Shown here one piece after another: positions 14,800 through 30,643 of a stretch of DNA of 64,000 nt. Each line of letters opens with the position of its first letter. Position 1 is the stretch's first letter. Source of the stretch: Dimorphilus gyrociliatus (Eukaryota; Animalia; Annelida); contig CAJFCJ010000015.1 in NCBI GenBank assembly GCA_904063045.1, positions 620,001-684,000 of the forward strand, read 5' to 3'. A model generated the notes under the pieces. That model saw nothing but the letters and a program-made list of their open reading frames with translations, did no database searches and was not told the origin of the DNA. The position numbers and the translations under genes were made by a program.

Positions 14800-15067
14800 A
14801 CATGTATATTAATATATATTTAAATATATACCGTATATACTGTATACAAACATATATGAATATATAGATGTATATATATATATGTAAACATATATATGAA
14901 AATATATACAGTATAGATATATATATATATATATATGTGTACTACATAAATGTATACAGTATACATATGTACACAATACATATATATATGTATATATATA
15001 TATGTATGTAAAATATAAATAAAGATTTATATACTGTATATATATATACATATACATATATATAAAG

Positions 15068-15099
<32 letters not shown>

Positions 15100-15140
15100 A
15101 AATATGTTCGTGCATTTATATATATATATACATATATATG
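14800..15140. repeat. Imperfect (TA)n / TATG microsatellite block just downstream of the Six1/2 stop
   Basis: About 340 nt of degenerate TA dinucleotide repeats. It produces the spurious YIYI ORFs in the track. Confidence 0.9.
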
Positions 15141-15241
15141 CTCTCAGTCTACCAACACCTGTAGAATATCGGGTTTCGCTCTGACCTCGATTCAGTGTTT
15201 ATACGCTTTGCTTATAGTGTTTAGCTTCAGAAAATGGCACA

Positions 15242-17654
<2,413 letters not shown>

Positions 17655-20600
17655 TTACCATGGAGATGGGTGCCAGTCAATCGTAACTTTATAGCTCACT
17701 TTTTTTTACATTGCGCACATGATTATATATATATATATATATGTGTGTGTAATATAATGAATATAAGTATATAAGTCTATACGATTTTTTATATATTCAC
17801 TTCGCGTAAAATTTAATACCTATATTAAAATCTTATATATAAGAAAGATGTTTACATTCTCATATATATCTATATGTATATGTATTGCATTAAATACCTA
17901 TTAATTAAAGTATATATATGGAAAGGAATCGAGTACCACATGGATTTAATATCGTGTGCAATATTAATAAAATATTAGAAATATAAATACATAGAAATAG
18001 AGGAGTATAAGGAGGAAGCAAGTTTCCCTTTAGCGCCTATAGCAAATACCACCAATCTGATAGGCGGTAGTGATAGAATTCAAAATCGACAATAATTTCA
18101 TTGGGGCGTGAAATGAAAAATTTCAGTACACCGATTACATTTTGATAAGTGGCGTGTCAGCCTATTTTTCTTGTTATATCTTTGCTTAACGTTTTAGACT
18201 GTAAATAAAACGATATAATTTGATTTATTTATTATATATATACAATATAGAGCTGTACATTTCAATATATATATATATGTATATATAATTTCTACCGTAT
18301 ATTTATATGGATTGTGTATGTTTTTTGGTGTTGAATGATGTAGTAGCCTGGTATGTGCTCCTATTGCAACCTCTGTGATCATTCGTATATTTATGTATAC
18401 AATTTTAAGTAATTTTATAAACTTTTTAGATCTAAAGTCATTTATTTATTTGAACAAGATCGTCTTGCGCGAATTCCTCTCGAATGAATGAAAAACGAGC
18501 ATTTTATCGCTATTTATATATCAAATTACACGTCAAGATTTATAAACGAGATAAATGGAAAGAAAACGACGCGTTGAACGCCTGTTATACCATTCGTCGT
18601 AAGAAAATCGTTTCGACGCCAGATCCAGACGGAACCATTTAAAAACGGGCGTAGTACTAAGCCGAAAATCAACAATGAAATTTTAGCCGGCCCTCGTCAA
18701 TAGCGGATGCAAATACTCGTTGAGCGGACTAACTGAGAGACGCGTTGTCGCCGCAATCTCTTGTCTATTTCACCTCGTCTTTATTATTATTAGTATTGGT
18801 ATTATTATTAAACTCGGAGAAGGCAGACGTTATCTGATAATGAATCTGTCAAAGTGGTATTGAAAAACCTATTACCATGGGAATTGTCGTAACGTTGACC
18901 GTTACTTTCAAAGCACCGCCCCGCTGATCAAATGCCTGTGACTAACTGGAAACACATGTTAAATCTGTCTATGGGTGTAGCCATTAGTTGTTTTCGGGGT
19001 TGTTTGTATACTTAGGCGCAGAGGCTATTAACATCTACTTCAGCCTATCTAAAAACGAATTCCTGTTAGTCGTCGCACGAACAGTTATTAGGTCAATTAG
19101 TAAGTAAATAATACCGAACGTAGTACGCTCGAAACCCTCTAACTGCATTAACTGTGTGTTTGTGCGGTTATGTAAGATCACACCAACTGGCATCCATTCA
19201 AAATAAAACGTATAACCTGTTAGTAATTTTCTTTTCTAAGGACTTTTTCCTTATCTCAATTTCCCACAATATGCTCCCAATTCCGTAAAAGTTGACTAGT
19301 TCTGAGATAAGATTCATGATGAATCTCTTAGCTTTACAAATTCGCCACTAATCGGCTAAAGTAGTATATTGCTTGGCTTTTCCGACAAATACTAATCGAT
19401 TATGGGGTGACGTGAGTAAATAAAACAGACAAGCGATAAAAATAAACATGCATACAACTCAAAGATTCTGACCTGGTATATTGATGCAACGATAATGATC
19501 GATTTCTAGTAACACCATCGATACAATCGATAGAAGATATTAAAATCGTTTTGTAGTGGTCAATGATTGGTCGCTTTTAACATAACTTAACATTCTTTAT
19601 AGAAAAGATTATTTTTTTCTCGATCTCTCTCTCTATTTTCCACTTTTGATTTATTTTAATAGCACACTGCTAAATCTTCTTTACTGATGCAAATCGACGC
19701 CTTTTCACCCCTAAGCGATAAAATAAGCGCTTGCGTGCATGCCTCGTTAAAAACGGATTAAAGTTCCAGAGTCAAAAGCACGATAGGTGTCACCAATGTA
19801 AATTTCCCTAAGCTATACATTGATATCCGATAGATGGCGCACAGGCCAGCCCATTCTGAAGAACATATTTAGTGTCAGAGAATCTTCTTAAACAGGCGCA
19901 TAAATATAAGAATAACATATATTTATTTTAGAAGCGAAAAATCCGTTTGCATTAAGTTTCTTTTCGCCCAAAAATAAATTGTGTTTTTTTTTCTTTTCAT
20001 CTTATCCTTTCATTTATCAATTTTCAATTTTTTCTTTTTGCTTTCTTGTATTACCTTTTGATCAATTTATTTTTATATTTTTTCACTTGTTTTCCTCCTC
20101 TGTTGTCCATATCTACTTCACTCTGTCTCCACTTTTCAATCTGGCTCCCTTTAACTTTCTTTAACTTCCCTCTCCTTCTTATCTCTCTCTCTCTCTCTTT
20201 CTCTGCCTGTCTGTCTCTCTGTCTGCTTGTCCCTTTTTTTCTACGTCTCTATCTCTTTCCATTCCCTCTTCCTTCCCCCCCACGAAGTACTAGCTGTACT
20301 TTTTTTATAAGAAAGAAAGAGATAATAGACGTAGGAGAAATGAAAAGAGTGGTCTTTGAAAATATAGTCGTAATTTAATACTTCAATTTTGTATTATATT
20401 TTTTAAGTAAATACAAATCAAAAATTTTGAATCAATATTTATAAACAGGGAAACTTCTGTTTGTTAAAAATTATTCTTTCAAGGCAAATAATCAAAGTTC
20501 TGATTGACACATATAGATGGGTGATATCGTATGTCAATGACTAAAAAACTAATAATGCATTCTTCTGAGTAAGTGAAAGTGTTTGTAACTTTATATGCTT

Positions 20601-22318
20601 CTACAAAAAGGGTCCTGACAGTTTCTTTGTGAGCTAAACTATTTTATTCTTCACTTATTATTTGTTCGATCCTGACACGCTTCTAAGAGTAGAAGGGAAT
20701 ATAAAGCTTTGCATGTTTAATCATCGCCGTATATAAATCTTTTACTATTTGCTTTTCTAAAACTTAATAAACACAGTAAGGACTATTAAAGTAGCAGTTA
20801 AGAAGGCCTTTTTTTAACAAGTATGTTTCTTATAGAATAATATATATATATGTACTGTATATATATATAAACATAAACATTATATGTACAATGTATATAT
20901 CTATGTTTTCATATTGCATTATTATTACACGTCTGCGCATCATACGCTCAAAGAATCATCATCATTTTTATCATATGATCCTACAAGATAACACTTATCT
21001 TTCTGGCTAGCACATGCCGGTGAAACAGATATACCTCAAAGATAAATCAGTTCGCATCAGTACAAAAATCCTACAGGCGGGCGGGCGGCAAACGGTATTA
21101 AAAACATTTGGTGTTAAAAAGGTTTTTTCGTTTATTTAGCCGAAGGCTAATGAAATGGCCTGCCTATATATAAAACAAACAAAGAAGCATTTTGTAATAA
21201 TGGGAAACTGTCAAAAATTATTGACTTGAGCTCGTAACTATGACAACATCGATAATTGATACTGAACGCTGATTGGCTGATCGCTTTTGTAAATATTATA
21301 CTGACCTATTTCGGGGCTTTGTCAACTGACCCGAATTTGTACAAGTCCTTTTTCTTGAACATGTTCTTTTCGACCTTTCTTAATTACTAGAGTAAATATT
21401 AAAGTGTGCGGATGACATTCCAGTAGTGTTTAGAAAACAAATTTCTCTATATAGTGCGAAGACGATTTCAAATATTTTCCTCTCTCTCTCTCTCTCTCTT
21501 CCCACTCCTCCCCCTCACCTTTTACTTGTATCGGTAATAGTGTAGGAAAGAATAAAGAGAAGGGTCATAATAGTTATACCCTTAGTGTTATACTAAGTAA
21601 AAACCCGCATATTTAAAGGTTAAGATAACACAATTCCTTTACATATAAACGCTCGAATTATATATAAATATGTAATGGTATTTATACAACTTCCATTTAT
21701 TTTATATCCTTTTATATTTAATTAAAGTTTTATTCCATAAGAAAAAAAATATGATATTTAATTAAGTATTGAAAAAGAGAAAAAATTTTTTTTTTCCATT
21801 TTTTCTCAACTTTCCTTTCTTTAACATATTTAAAGTTCTTAGGAATTTTATTTTTACATATATTTAAACCGGAAATGGATACGATTTCACATTATACGTC
21901 AATTGAATGGCAGCTTAGAAATTTGTCGAAATTTGATCTTTGCCACATATTATAATTGCTATATTTTAAAACATTTACCAACTATTAGGCCTATGATAAA
22001 GTTTTTCTCCTCTCTTTTCTTCTAACTGAATCAGTTAACATTGCGTATGTGTGTTAAGGTATACACAAATATAAAGTGTCAATACATTTAATTACTTTAG
22101 CGAGTACGACTGCTTGCATTACATCTACACCATTAAAGAGAGTAAGACAGAAGATTAAATATCTTCTTTTTCGTAATCGTTCCATGTAATTCTGTGCAAT
22201 ATGGCTTCACTCTAACTCGATCGCGTTTAATTTCAAGCGACATTTTAAAAAAGAGAACATTTTCGTATTGTTTTTCATAGATCCAGATTGTATATTACAA
22301 CAATTTATAAATTTCCTG

Positions 22319-22321
<3 letters not shown>

Positions 22322-22350
<29 letters not shown>
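22322..22350 (+). repeat. (CT)n microsatellite, longest of nine such tracts between 11.8 and 30.4 kb
   Basis: Direct reading; other tracts start near 11804, 14391, 19624, 20182, 21481, 27922, 28343 and 30357. Confidence 0.9.
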
Positions 22351-22353
<3 letters not shown>

Positions 22354-25300
22354 CTCCTTTATTATCTCAAATAATAAAAATTTTCTGCAACTTTTCCTTT
22401 ATAAGGAAAAATGAAATGATATACTTTTAACAAACTTTTCTTGTCTCTTTGTTTTTGGAAAATAAATAAACAATAAGAATAAAAAAAGTTTTCTTTATCC
22501 TACTTCTTTCCAACGCAATAACATTTACATTCATCAACTTTCCCTCTAGCTGACGCCTCCAACTCCCTGCCCACATCTCCCCCCCCCCTCTTCTACCCAA
22601 TTTTTTTTATTCTATAGGGTAAATAAGAATGGAGAGTGTAAATATCACTATTACTTTTAACATTAAACGGCTTCAATAAATAAGTAAGAAAAATATTATC
22701 ATAAATCGGTGAACCTTTTTCTTTTATTATTTCTTTTTCAACCTATTCATACTAGGTTTAAAAACACAATTTATACAAAACTTTGTTAAGTGAAAATAGA
22801 CTGGAAAATTTTTGATTTGATGATGATTTCCTTTTTTTTTTCAACTTAAAAGAAACAAAAATAAAATAGAAGCCAGATGAGGAATGATTTAAGCAAAAAA
22901 AAATTGTGGGCGGGGTTTAAAGGCTTGTAATTAAACATTATGTTATTTTATGAATGTTTGGGAAATGCATAAATCAGAATTTAAGATATATATGTCGCGT
23001 GTTACCAATTGAAAAGATAGACAAGAAACCATTGTTGATTTTTAGAATATACAATTTACTTCTTTTATGTCTGTAACACGTTTTTTTTTTCAAACTTTGA
23101 ATTATCCTATTGAAACAAGCATCACTAATCCTTGTCGACACATATCTACCCGCGAATTAAAGATTAACTGGAACTTGAAAGTTGCCGACAGCCATTTTAT
23201 GCAAAATCGCTCTTAATCCCATAATCGTACAAGGCTATTTAATTTCAAAAATAATGTAGAAGGTCGAACACGCGTTCGGGTATAAGTTTCCACTAGTTTT
23301 ATTTCATTTCTTTTCCTTTATTTCGTATTTTTTCCCTTTATTTCTATATTTAACTTTCTGCTTTAACTTTTTTTATTGTCGATATTTTCTTACAAAAAAA
23401 AAAGTTAAATATAAAATAAAAAAAACAAGAACAGGAAGAGAAATTTGAAAGTTTGAATTTAAGCTCTCTTATACATTTTTAATATATTATTTCTTTTTTT
23501 TCTCAAGGTTACTTTTCCGTGAAATTTAATTGACAGGAATTAGGCGATGTTACGAAATTCTTTTGGGTAGATAAGGCTACTGATATCATCGGCATAAATC
23601 CCTCGTATACACGCACCTAAATGGCGCAACATTATAAAATATCTTTGAAAACTTTCCCCGTTAACAAAATGATGGATTAAGATCTTTCGGTTGAGGAAAA
23701 ATAGAGAAAGACATAGAACGGATTGGGTTGGAAAGATTGATTAGAGAGTTTTTTTTTTAATTCCTTTCCTCCTCCTCCTCCTCCTCCGCCTCCCCTCCTT
23801 TTATTCTATAAATCCCCGTTCTCTATGACTCTCGATCCGATTATTCCTTTTTTTTATTTAGAGATTTAATATTTTTCATATATCACTCCGCCTACTTATT
23901 ATACAGATTTATTTGTTAGGCGTTAGATATTTAGCGGCTTTTTTAGCGGATGATTTACATACTTGACCTATATATTTAGCTTTTAAATCTTGACATTTTT
24001 TTCTGTTAATGTACACTTATATGTCAGTTTTTATATATAGGATTTTAGAAACAATGTATATATTTATATAAAGAGGAAAAAAATCAATTTAATTGTCAAT
24101 AATTGCTGATAGAATAGAAATTGATGGGAAAACAATTTTTTACTTACTGTACGGAAAAAGAGGAGCAGGTCTATCGGAAGAATAATAGTGACTTGGCACC
24201 AGACCAGTAGGTAAGAGTTCTCTTGCGGACATCGTCATATTTTCCTTCTTTTTTTCTGTGACTCTCAAATTCCAATGGACATAACCGTTCGTCAACAATA
24301 AGAAGCACCGCAATGACGAGAAAAGTTAGTATTTATTCGTTTATCTGGGTTGGAGTGAAGAAACTCTAGAAAAGACTATCCTTTGAAGAACAATGTATGA
24401 TTGAGCTGCGGCGCCAAGGCGAATTGCCGCCAGGTGTCTCTAACCTCCAAAAAGATGGCATTGATAGAAGCGGCGACCGTGATTGGCTAAAATATTCCAG
24501 AGTTGGAGGCGATTAGTTCAGAATGCTGTAACCTAAAACCTCTTTCTTTTCACCAACGTCAGCCTGCCCGCAGTCCTTCTCTGACATTATCACACCCCAA
24601 CCCTTTCTCTTTCCAATAATACAGATGCTTTCTAGTTATTAAAAGATTTTACTCTTACCATACCTTGATAGATACAATCGTCTAAGACTATAGCTCCAGA
24701 GAATATTCTAAAAATTATAACTTAAGTAATTCAATATATGCCACCATTAAAAACCAATGTTTTTAAATTTTATTGGAAAAAAAAATCTAGGTCAATGGGC
24801 GGAGTTGACGTTGATTGGCGGGCGTTAGATTTTAAAAAAGCGTTTTCATTTCAGTCTCGTTCGCTCAATAGTAGATAGAATTATAGTTCAATGCAACTTT
24901 ATATATTTTCATTCTTAACTATTAACATATTGTTGATTGAAATTTTATATAGGTCTTATTTCTAGTAATTATAAGATATCAATAAGAAATCGTTGTATTT
25001 TCACAAAGATAGATTGTTAATAATATGAAAAATACTATTACTTATTTACACATTAACGGATATTCTTTATGAAAGTGTGTATATATTTACTTAATGTAGT
25101 TTAGATAATTGATACTATACACAATATGTACAAGGGTATATATAAATTATTTTTGTAAACATTTATATTGCAGATATTGGCCAAATTTTTTAGTAAATCA
25201 CATACAACAAGTCAACTTAGACATACAATGCAACGCCTCGGGCAACATACGTATGAAACGATTAATGCGTTTGTGAGAGATTTTTTTTTATAATCTTCTT

Positions 25301-28300
25301 TATCTATCCTGTTCCCCACCTAAACCATCTATTTTAAGGACATTTTTTATTATCACCTTGATAGTGCGTAGAGGTAATAATTGTATTTGTGAAAGGAAAG
25401 GGGCGGAAAACGGTAAAATTATGTTAGGAGAAAGGTAGATGTCGAGGAAAAAAAGAAGAAGAAAAGACAATGCCATAATTTACGGGCCATTTGTTTAAAA
25501 GCAGCAAAAGTCAATAGTCTCTTGGAATACGTAATTTCTTCTGGAAATTGATATAATAGAGAAATATTATGCGTATATACTTGCTTCCTCAAAAGTAAAC
25601 AAAATATGAATATTAATATGGAAAACTATAAATAATGTATTAATCTTTAACTCTCGAACAAACAGTAGTTTTAAGAGGTAGAAGCATGTCGTTTTATTAA
25701 GTCTACACAGATTCTCGACATCATCAATCATATTTCCAATATAGACCCGATGTGTAAGAGGAAGATAAAAGTTAAGATAGGGAGAAAGCAATCATGACGC
25801 ATCTGTTCAATGATAATATGGAATAGAGCGCAACATTCGATAAGGAGAAAGACAAGATATGCGAAAAAAATAAAGTGAATGCAGGTTCTCAAAGCTATCG
25901 CTGACAAACAATCTATTTGATGGCAACTGCGATGTTCAACTTTGACCCTCAGAGTGCACAGGATTAACAAAGTTTTCTTACGATATTGAGACGTATAAAG
26001 AATAATTTTTGCACGTGTTACACCAAAACATCATCAATCAGGGTAAGATTTTCCCATTCTTAACATCTTTTTTTATCATAAATATCATTTAAACGCTGAT
26101 TATTTCTTTTGTTTCTTGAGAAGAGAGGAAACTATTTCTATCTTAAAACATAAAAAATCAACAAATCTTATATTTCTTTTACAGTTTCTTGATTTAGACT
26201 AGAAACCAGGCAACTTGTCCTCACGCATGCAGCCAAACTCTCAAGCAAGATCGAATGTTCTGCATAAACATTCGTCGTATTTTTCTTGTGGATTATAAGA
26301 GGTTGAATTTCTTCTTCTTTCCAACGGTATAGCACGATTTTGTGGGAATGTTATAGAAGCATATTTATAGTTGTTTAACAAACGACCCCCCTATATATCG
26401 AATATAGTTTTTTATTCAGATCGATTTAGCAAATGTTTTATTAGGCATTATCAAGAAAATTCTTTAATGTTTTATTGGCTAACCCGATATTTGTTTCTGT
26501 TTGTACACGTGACGTACGCTTCGGTAATTTTCTTTATTTAGATATTCAATACTATAGTCCGTTCAGGTTTTTTTTTCTACTTCTCTTCCATTCTCTCATT
26601 CCTCTTTATCTTGTAAATAAAAATTATTTTTTAAAAAAACAAACTTTTAAAATTTTTAGAGATTTTGTTTTCAGTGTAAACACTATCAAACCTCTTATGC
26701 TGTATAGATAATATATGCATAGTAAGTAGGTAAAGAGTGTTACATATAAACATGCTTCTGATATATATATGCATATACAGCAAACTGTATATATACATAA
26801 ATGTACTGTGTATAAAAATATGTTGAATAAGTACAAATATATTCACCTGGTGCAAACGCCGAGAACGACCTATCTTTGTTCCATAGCACACTCACCTGTC
26901 AATCAAACGTCATTAGAGCGTTGAAAGGGAAAAGGATGGGGAGAAGTATGTATGGAGATTTACAAACTGATAGCAATTACTTAGCGGCGATAAGCGGTCG
27001 ATTATATCCTTAAATCGGATGTCATTCTATTTAATTTTTGCCCCCGTAAACACAAAATATGAATATGTATGTGATTAAGAGAATTGATATTTAATAAGGA
27101 ATTAGTATGGATTATAGATTATTAATTATCAAAAATCTAGCTTTAGATATATGGAATTTATAATTTATATAAATCTACATTTGTATATTTAGGCATGCAT
27201 GTTCTGTATGTGTTATGTATATGGCATATATCTAAAAGAAAACGGAGAACATATGCAATCCTTCTCTTCTTTTCCGTTCTATCTTTCTATCTATCTATCT
27301 ATTTATCTATCTATCTCCTCTATTTTTTCCCTTCCTCCCTCCCTCCTTCTTTTTTAGATCAGTTCTAAACAGTTTGCAGACATCTAGAATTTAAAGTTTA
27401 TCTGTCAGTTGTTGCATCTCACCTGTTTCGGTGTGATGAGTGGCAGATTTCAACACAATCTTAACGAGATAGATAATAGAAGGATTAAAAAAAGTCCCTT
27501 GCTATTTTACTATAAATAAATATAGAAGGACGAATTTTTTCCCCTTTGTTTTAGAATTTTCAAGGATATATTTCTTCAAAAAGAAAGGAAAGGATAGAAA
27601 GAAAAAGAAAATATTCTTTTTTCCCTCTCTTTTAAAAATTCTTTCCACTTATATGGAAATAATTTCACCCTGTCCGACCCTTTTTAAATGGTGTGTAACT
27701 AATCGACTACTTTTCTCTATGACCAATAAATTTTATAGATTATAAGAAGTGCGCTTTATCGATCATATGAACGATAAAATCGAATTTGATCAATGAATTC
27801 TATCAGTGTCAAGAGGCGACTTCGATTGTACTGACTATGTACCGCACGCACGCGCGGTTAAACTCGTACAAGAAAGGAATGTAGTATATCTTTAACTTTT
27901 ACTCTACACTCCTCGCTCTCGCTCTCTCTCTCTCTCTCTTGCTCTCTATCAATCCAATCGTTTTTTTTTCTTTTAACTTTTTTTTCTAAAAGAAAAGGGC
28001 GAGAGATCTTCATAAAAGAGTATACTAATGTTTATAACGAAAACAAACTAATTCCCGTAAAAGAGTGCCAAGTTTATACAGAGAGATGGCAAACAATCGA
28101 AGCAATCTTAGATCATAATGTCTTCAGAGACAAAACTCGGACACTGTTTATAAACACACTCTTTACATATACGTCTAAAATTACCCCTTTCCGATATCGT
28201 TGATGACGTTTAATTTATTTTGTTTATTTATACTAATGAGCCTAATTATAGATTGGAAAGGAACTACTTGAAAAGTATAAAAAAATCCTACTTTTTTCTT

Positions 28301-30643
28301 ATTTATCGTCCCTTTTATTCTCTTTTTCATTCGTTCCTTTCTTCTCTCTCTCTCTCTCTCCCGAACTCTAGATTTTTTTTATGTACATAAAAAGCTATAC
28401 TACTGTTCCCCGCCTATCTACTAATACATTAAAAATATCGTGTATAATTGAATAAAGCAGGTGCCTTTTTTCTTTGTACAATCACGGTGAGATAATGAGT
28501 GTCAGATGACTTTGATGTAAGCCTACTTTGACGCGTTCTTTTGTACAGATGATATTCGATACATTATCATTTAGACTTACTGTACTTGTATCGCTTCTCT
28601 CTTCTATAGGTAATTTTCTCAACAAGAAAAATTGAAACAAACTAATAATAAATATAGAATTCCAATTATTTGAAACAAAAAGGGCAAGAGAGGAGAAACC
28701 GCCTTTAGGAAGCCAACGTTCATAACTTGGGCGGTTGCATTTAAATAACGCCCTTGGCGTGACTGTAATAGGAATTCGTTTCACCAATCAACAGCAATTA
28801 ATAGAGAAACGTAAGAGAAAAAGTTTCCAGCGCTACTGCAATATGGTCTCGTTTGTAAAATATTATATTTAATATTATACAGTATTTCGATAAGGAAAGG
28901 AATTTAATATTGACAAATAAGATCGGGTCGAACAAGTATAATGAATTTCGTCTATCCGTTTCAGAAGGCGCGCAACAAATTACTGGAAAAGTAATTGTAG
29001 GAGAGAATCAATTACGGAACACGTGACCTTCGAAAATAACTGACCAAGGAAAACGAAGCCAACTGTAACACTTTTGTATAAGTACTTTGTTTGCAAGTTT
29101 TTTATTATCGTATTATCCCAAGTATGTGGTATTTTTTGTTTAAATGTGTACATTCTATATTAGATACTATACAATATAAGTATACAGTAGGAAAAGGGGT
29201 CGAAGCCATTGAAAAGATGAAAGAAGCGTCCACTTGAAGATACTTATCACCGACAAATAAAAAAGCGGAAACGCCGAACGAATATGAAACTCATTACATC
29301 AGCTACCATAAGGCACTAATTAGTTGAATTAAGCTTCGAATAAGCGATGACCAGCGGCTAAGAACGGCGTGTGTGATCCGCTCTTGAAATGACAGAGCGG
29401 AGAGACGAGCGGTAAGCGGGAACAAAGAAAAACGATACGTTTAAAGTCTAATAGGAGCGTGCTGCTCTACGGCAAGGCGAATGTCCGCGCAATGGGGTAT
29501 GATTGTTCAAACGCCGTGTCAACTTCTATATTACACGTTGAATTGTTATGATTAGCGTCCAATTCGTACTGCCTTGGCACACTCCCGATCTTTAAGACGT
29601 CTGTAAGTCTTACGTATTAGTTTCACACCCATGTTTCACCCATTACCACCCACGTATTTCTTTCTTTCCTTTTCCATTATGAAAATATAAGAAAATCTAT
29701 AAATAAATTCACGAACTTGTTTTTCTTAGAGGGGCGTTTTTAATCTTTTCGCAAGCTAGACATCTATTTTTATTTTATTTTTGTTGTTTTTTTCGTAAAT
29801 TAAACGCTTTCCCGCTAAACACTCGAACCGAACAAAAACATGATTGAGAGAACAGACTGCCAACCCTTCACATTTCATTTGCGTAAAAGCCGCGTGGCCG
29901 AATGCTTCTATTTGCTATGTAACGTCAGATGCTGGGAAATTCACTGACTGTCGACGTCTACTTCACAATCCTTTTTTTAGTCTTCTCCATTTTTCCTTTA
30001 TACATATTTTTTGTATATATTAGTTTTTTAATTATCTAATAATTTCTCTAATATTATCGGATGAAAAGTCGCATCAATCGCTTTTTATCTTATTTAGAAC
30101 GATTGAAGAGGGAAAAGTGCACAGGTGTATATAATAATATAAAGAAAATAGGTAAGGAAAAAATACGTAAGGTAATCTTCTTCACCCGCGCAGAGTTATC
30201 GACTGACGGTTATTGTAAACAGAACAGGATGAGATATAATCATCGTAATAATTTATCCCTTTTCTCTTCTTTCTATCTACCTACATATTTGTCTACCTAT
30301 CTATATTTCTTTCTCCTTTCCCACCTCTCTCTCTGTTTTTTCTCTTCTCTTCCTTTCTCTCTCTCTCTCTCTCTCATTCTTTCTACTTATCATTTCCTTC
30401 TGTAATTTTTTCGGTAACGCCATCTGCCGATAATGTAAATTAAAAAACGTATGATTATAATCGATTTATCTTATCAATGACTGATGACTAAGGAGAGTCT
30501 AGTAAATATATAAGAAGGTTAGGAGAATGTATAAGCAGCAAACGAGTGCATAAGATGAAGAAAACCATTTCATGCACGTGCTCATAATGCAAAGATTCTT
30601 CTGCAAATCAGTAATTTACTAGTGCATTTATAATTAGTTAATA

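Noticed and set aside
13383-15177. Exact 12-mer ATATCGGGTTTC at 13383 and 15166, resembling the SIX/MEF3 site TCAGGTTTC
   Set aside because: Exact 12-mer pairs are expected by chance many times in 64 kb; no other support for autoregulation.
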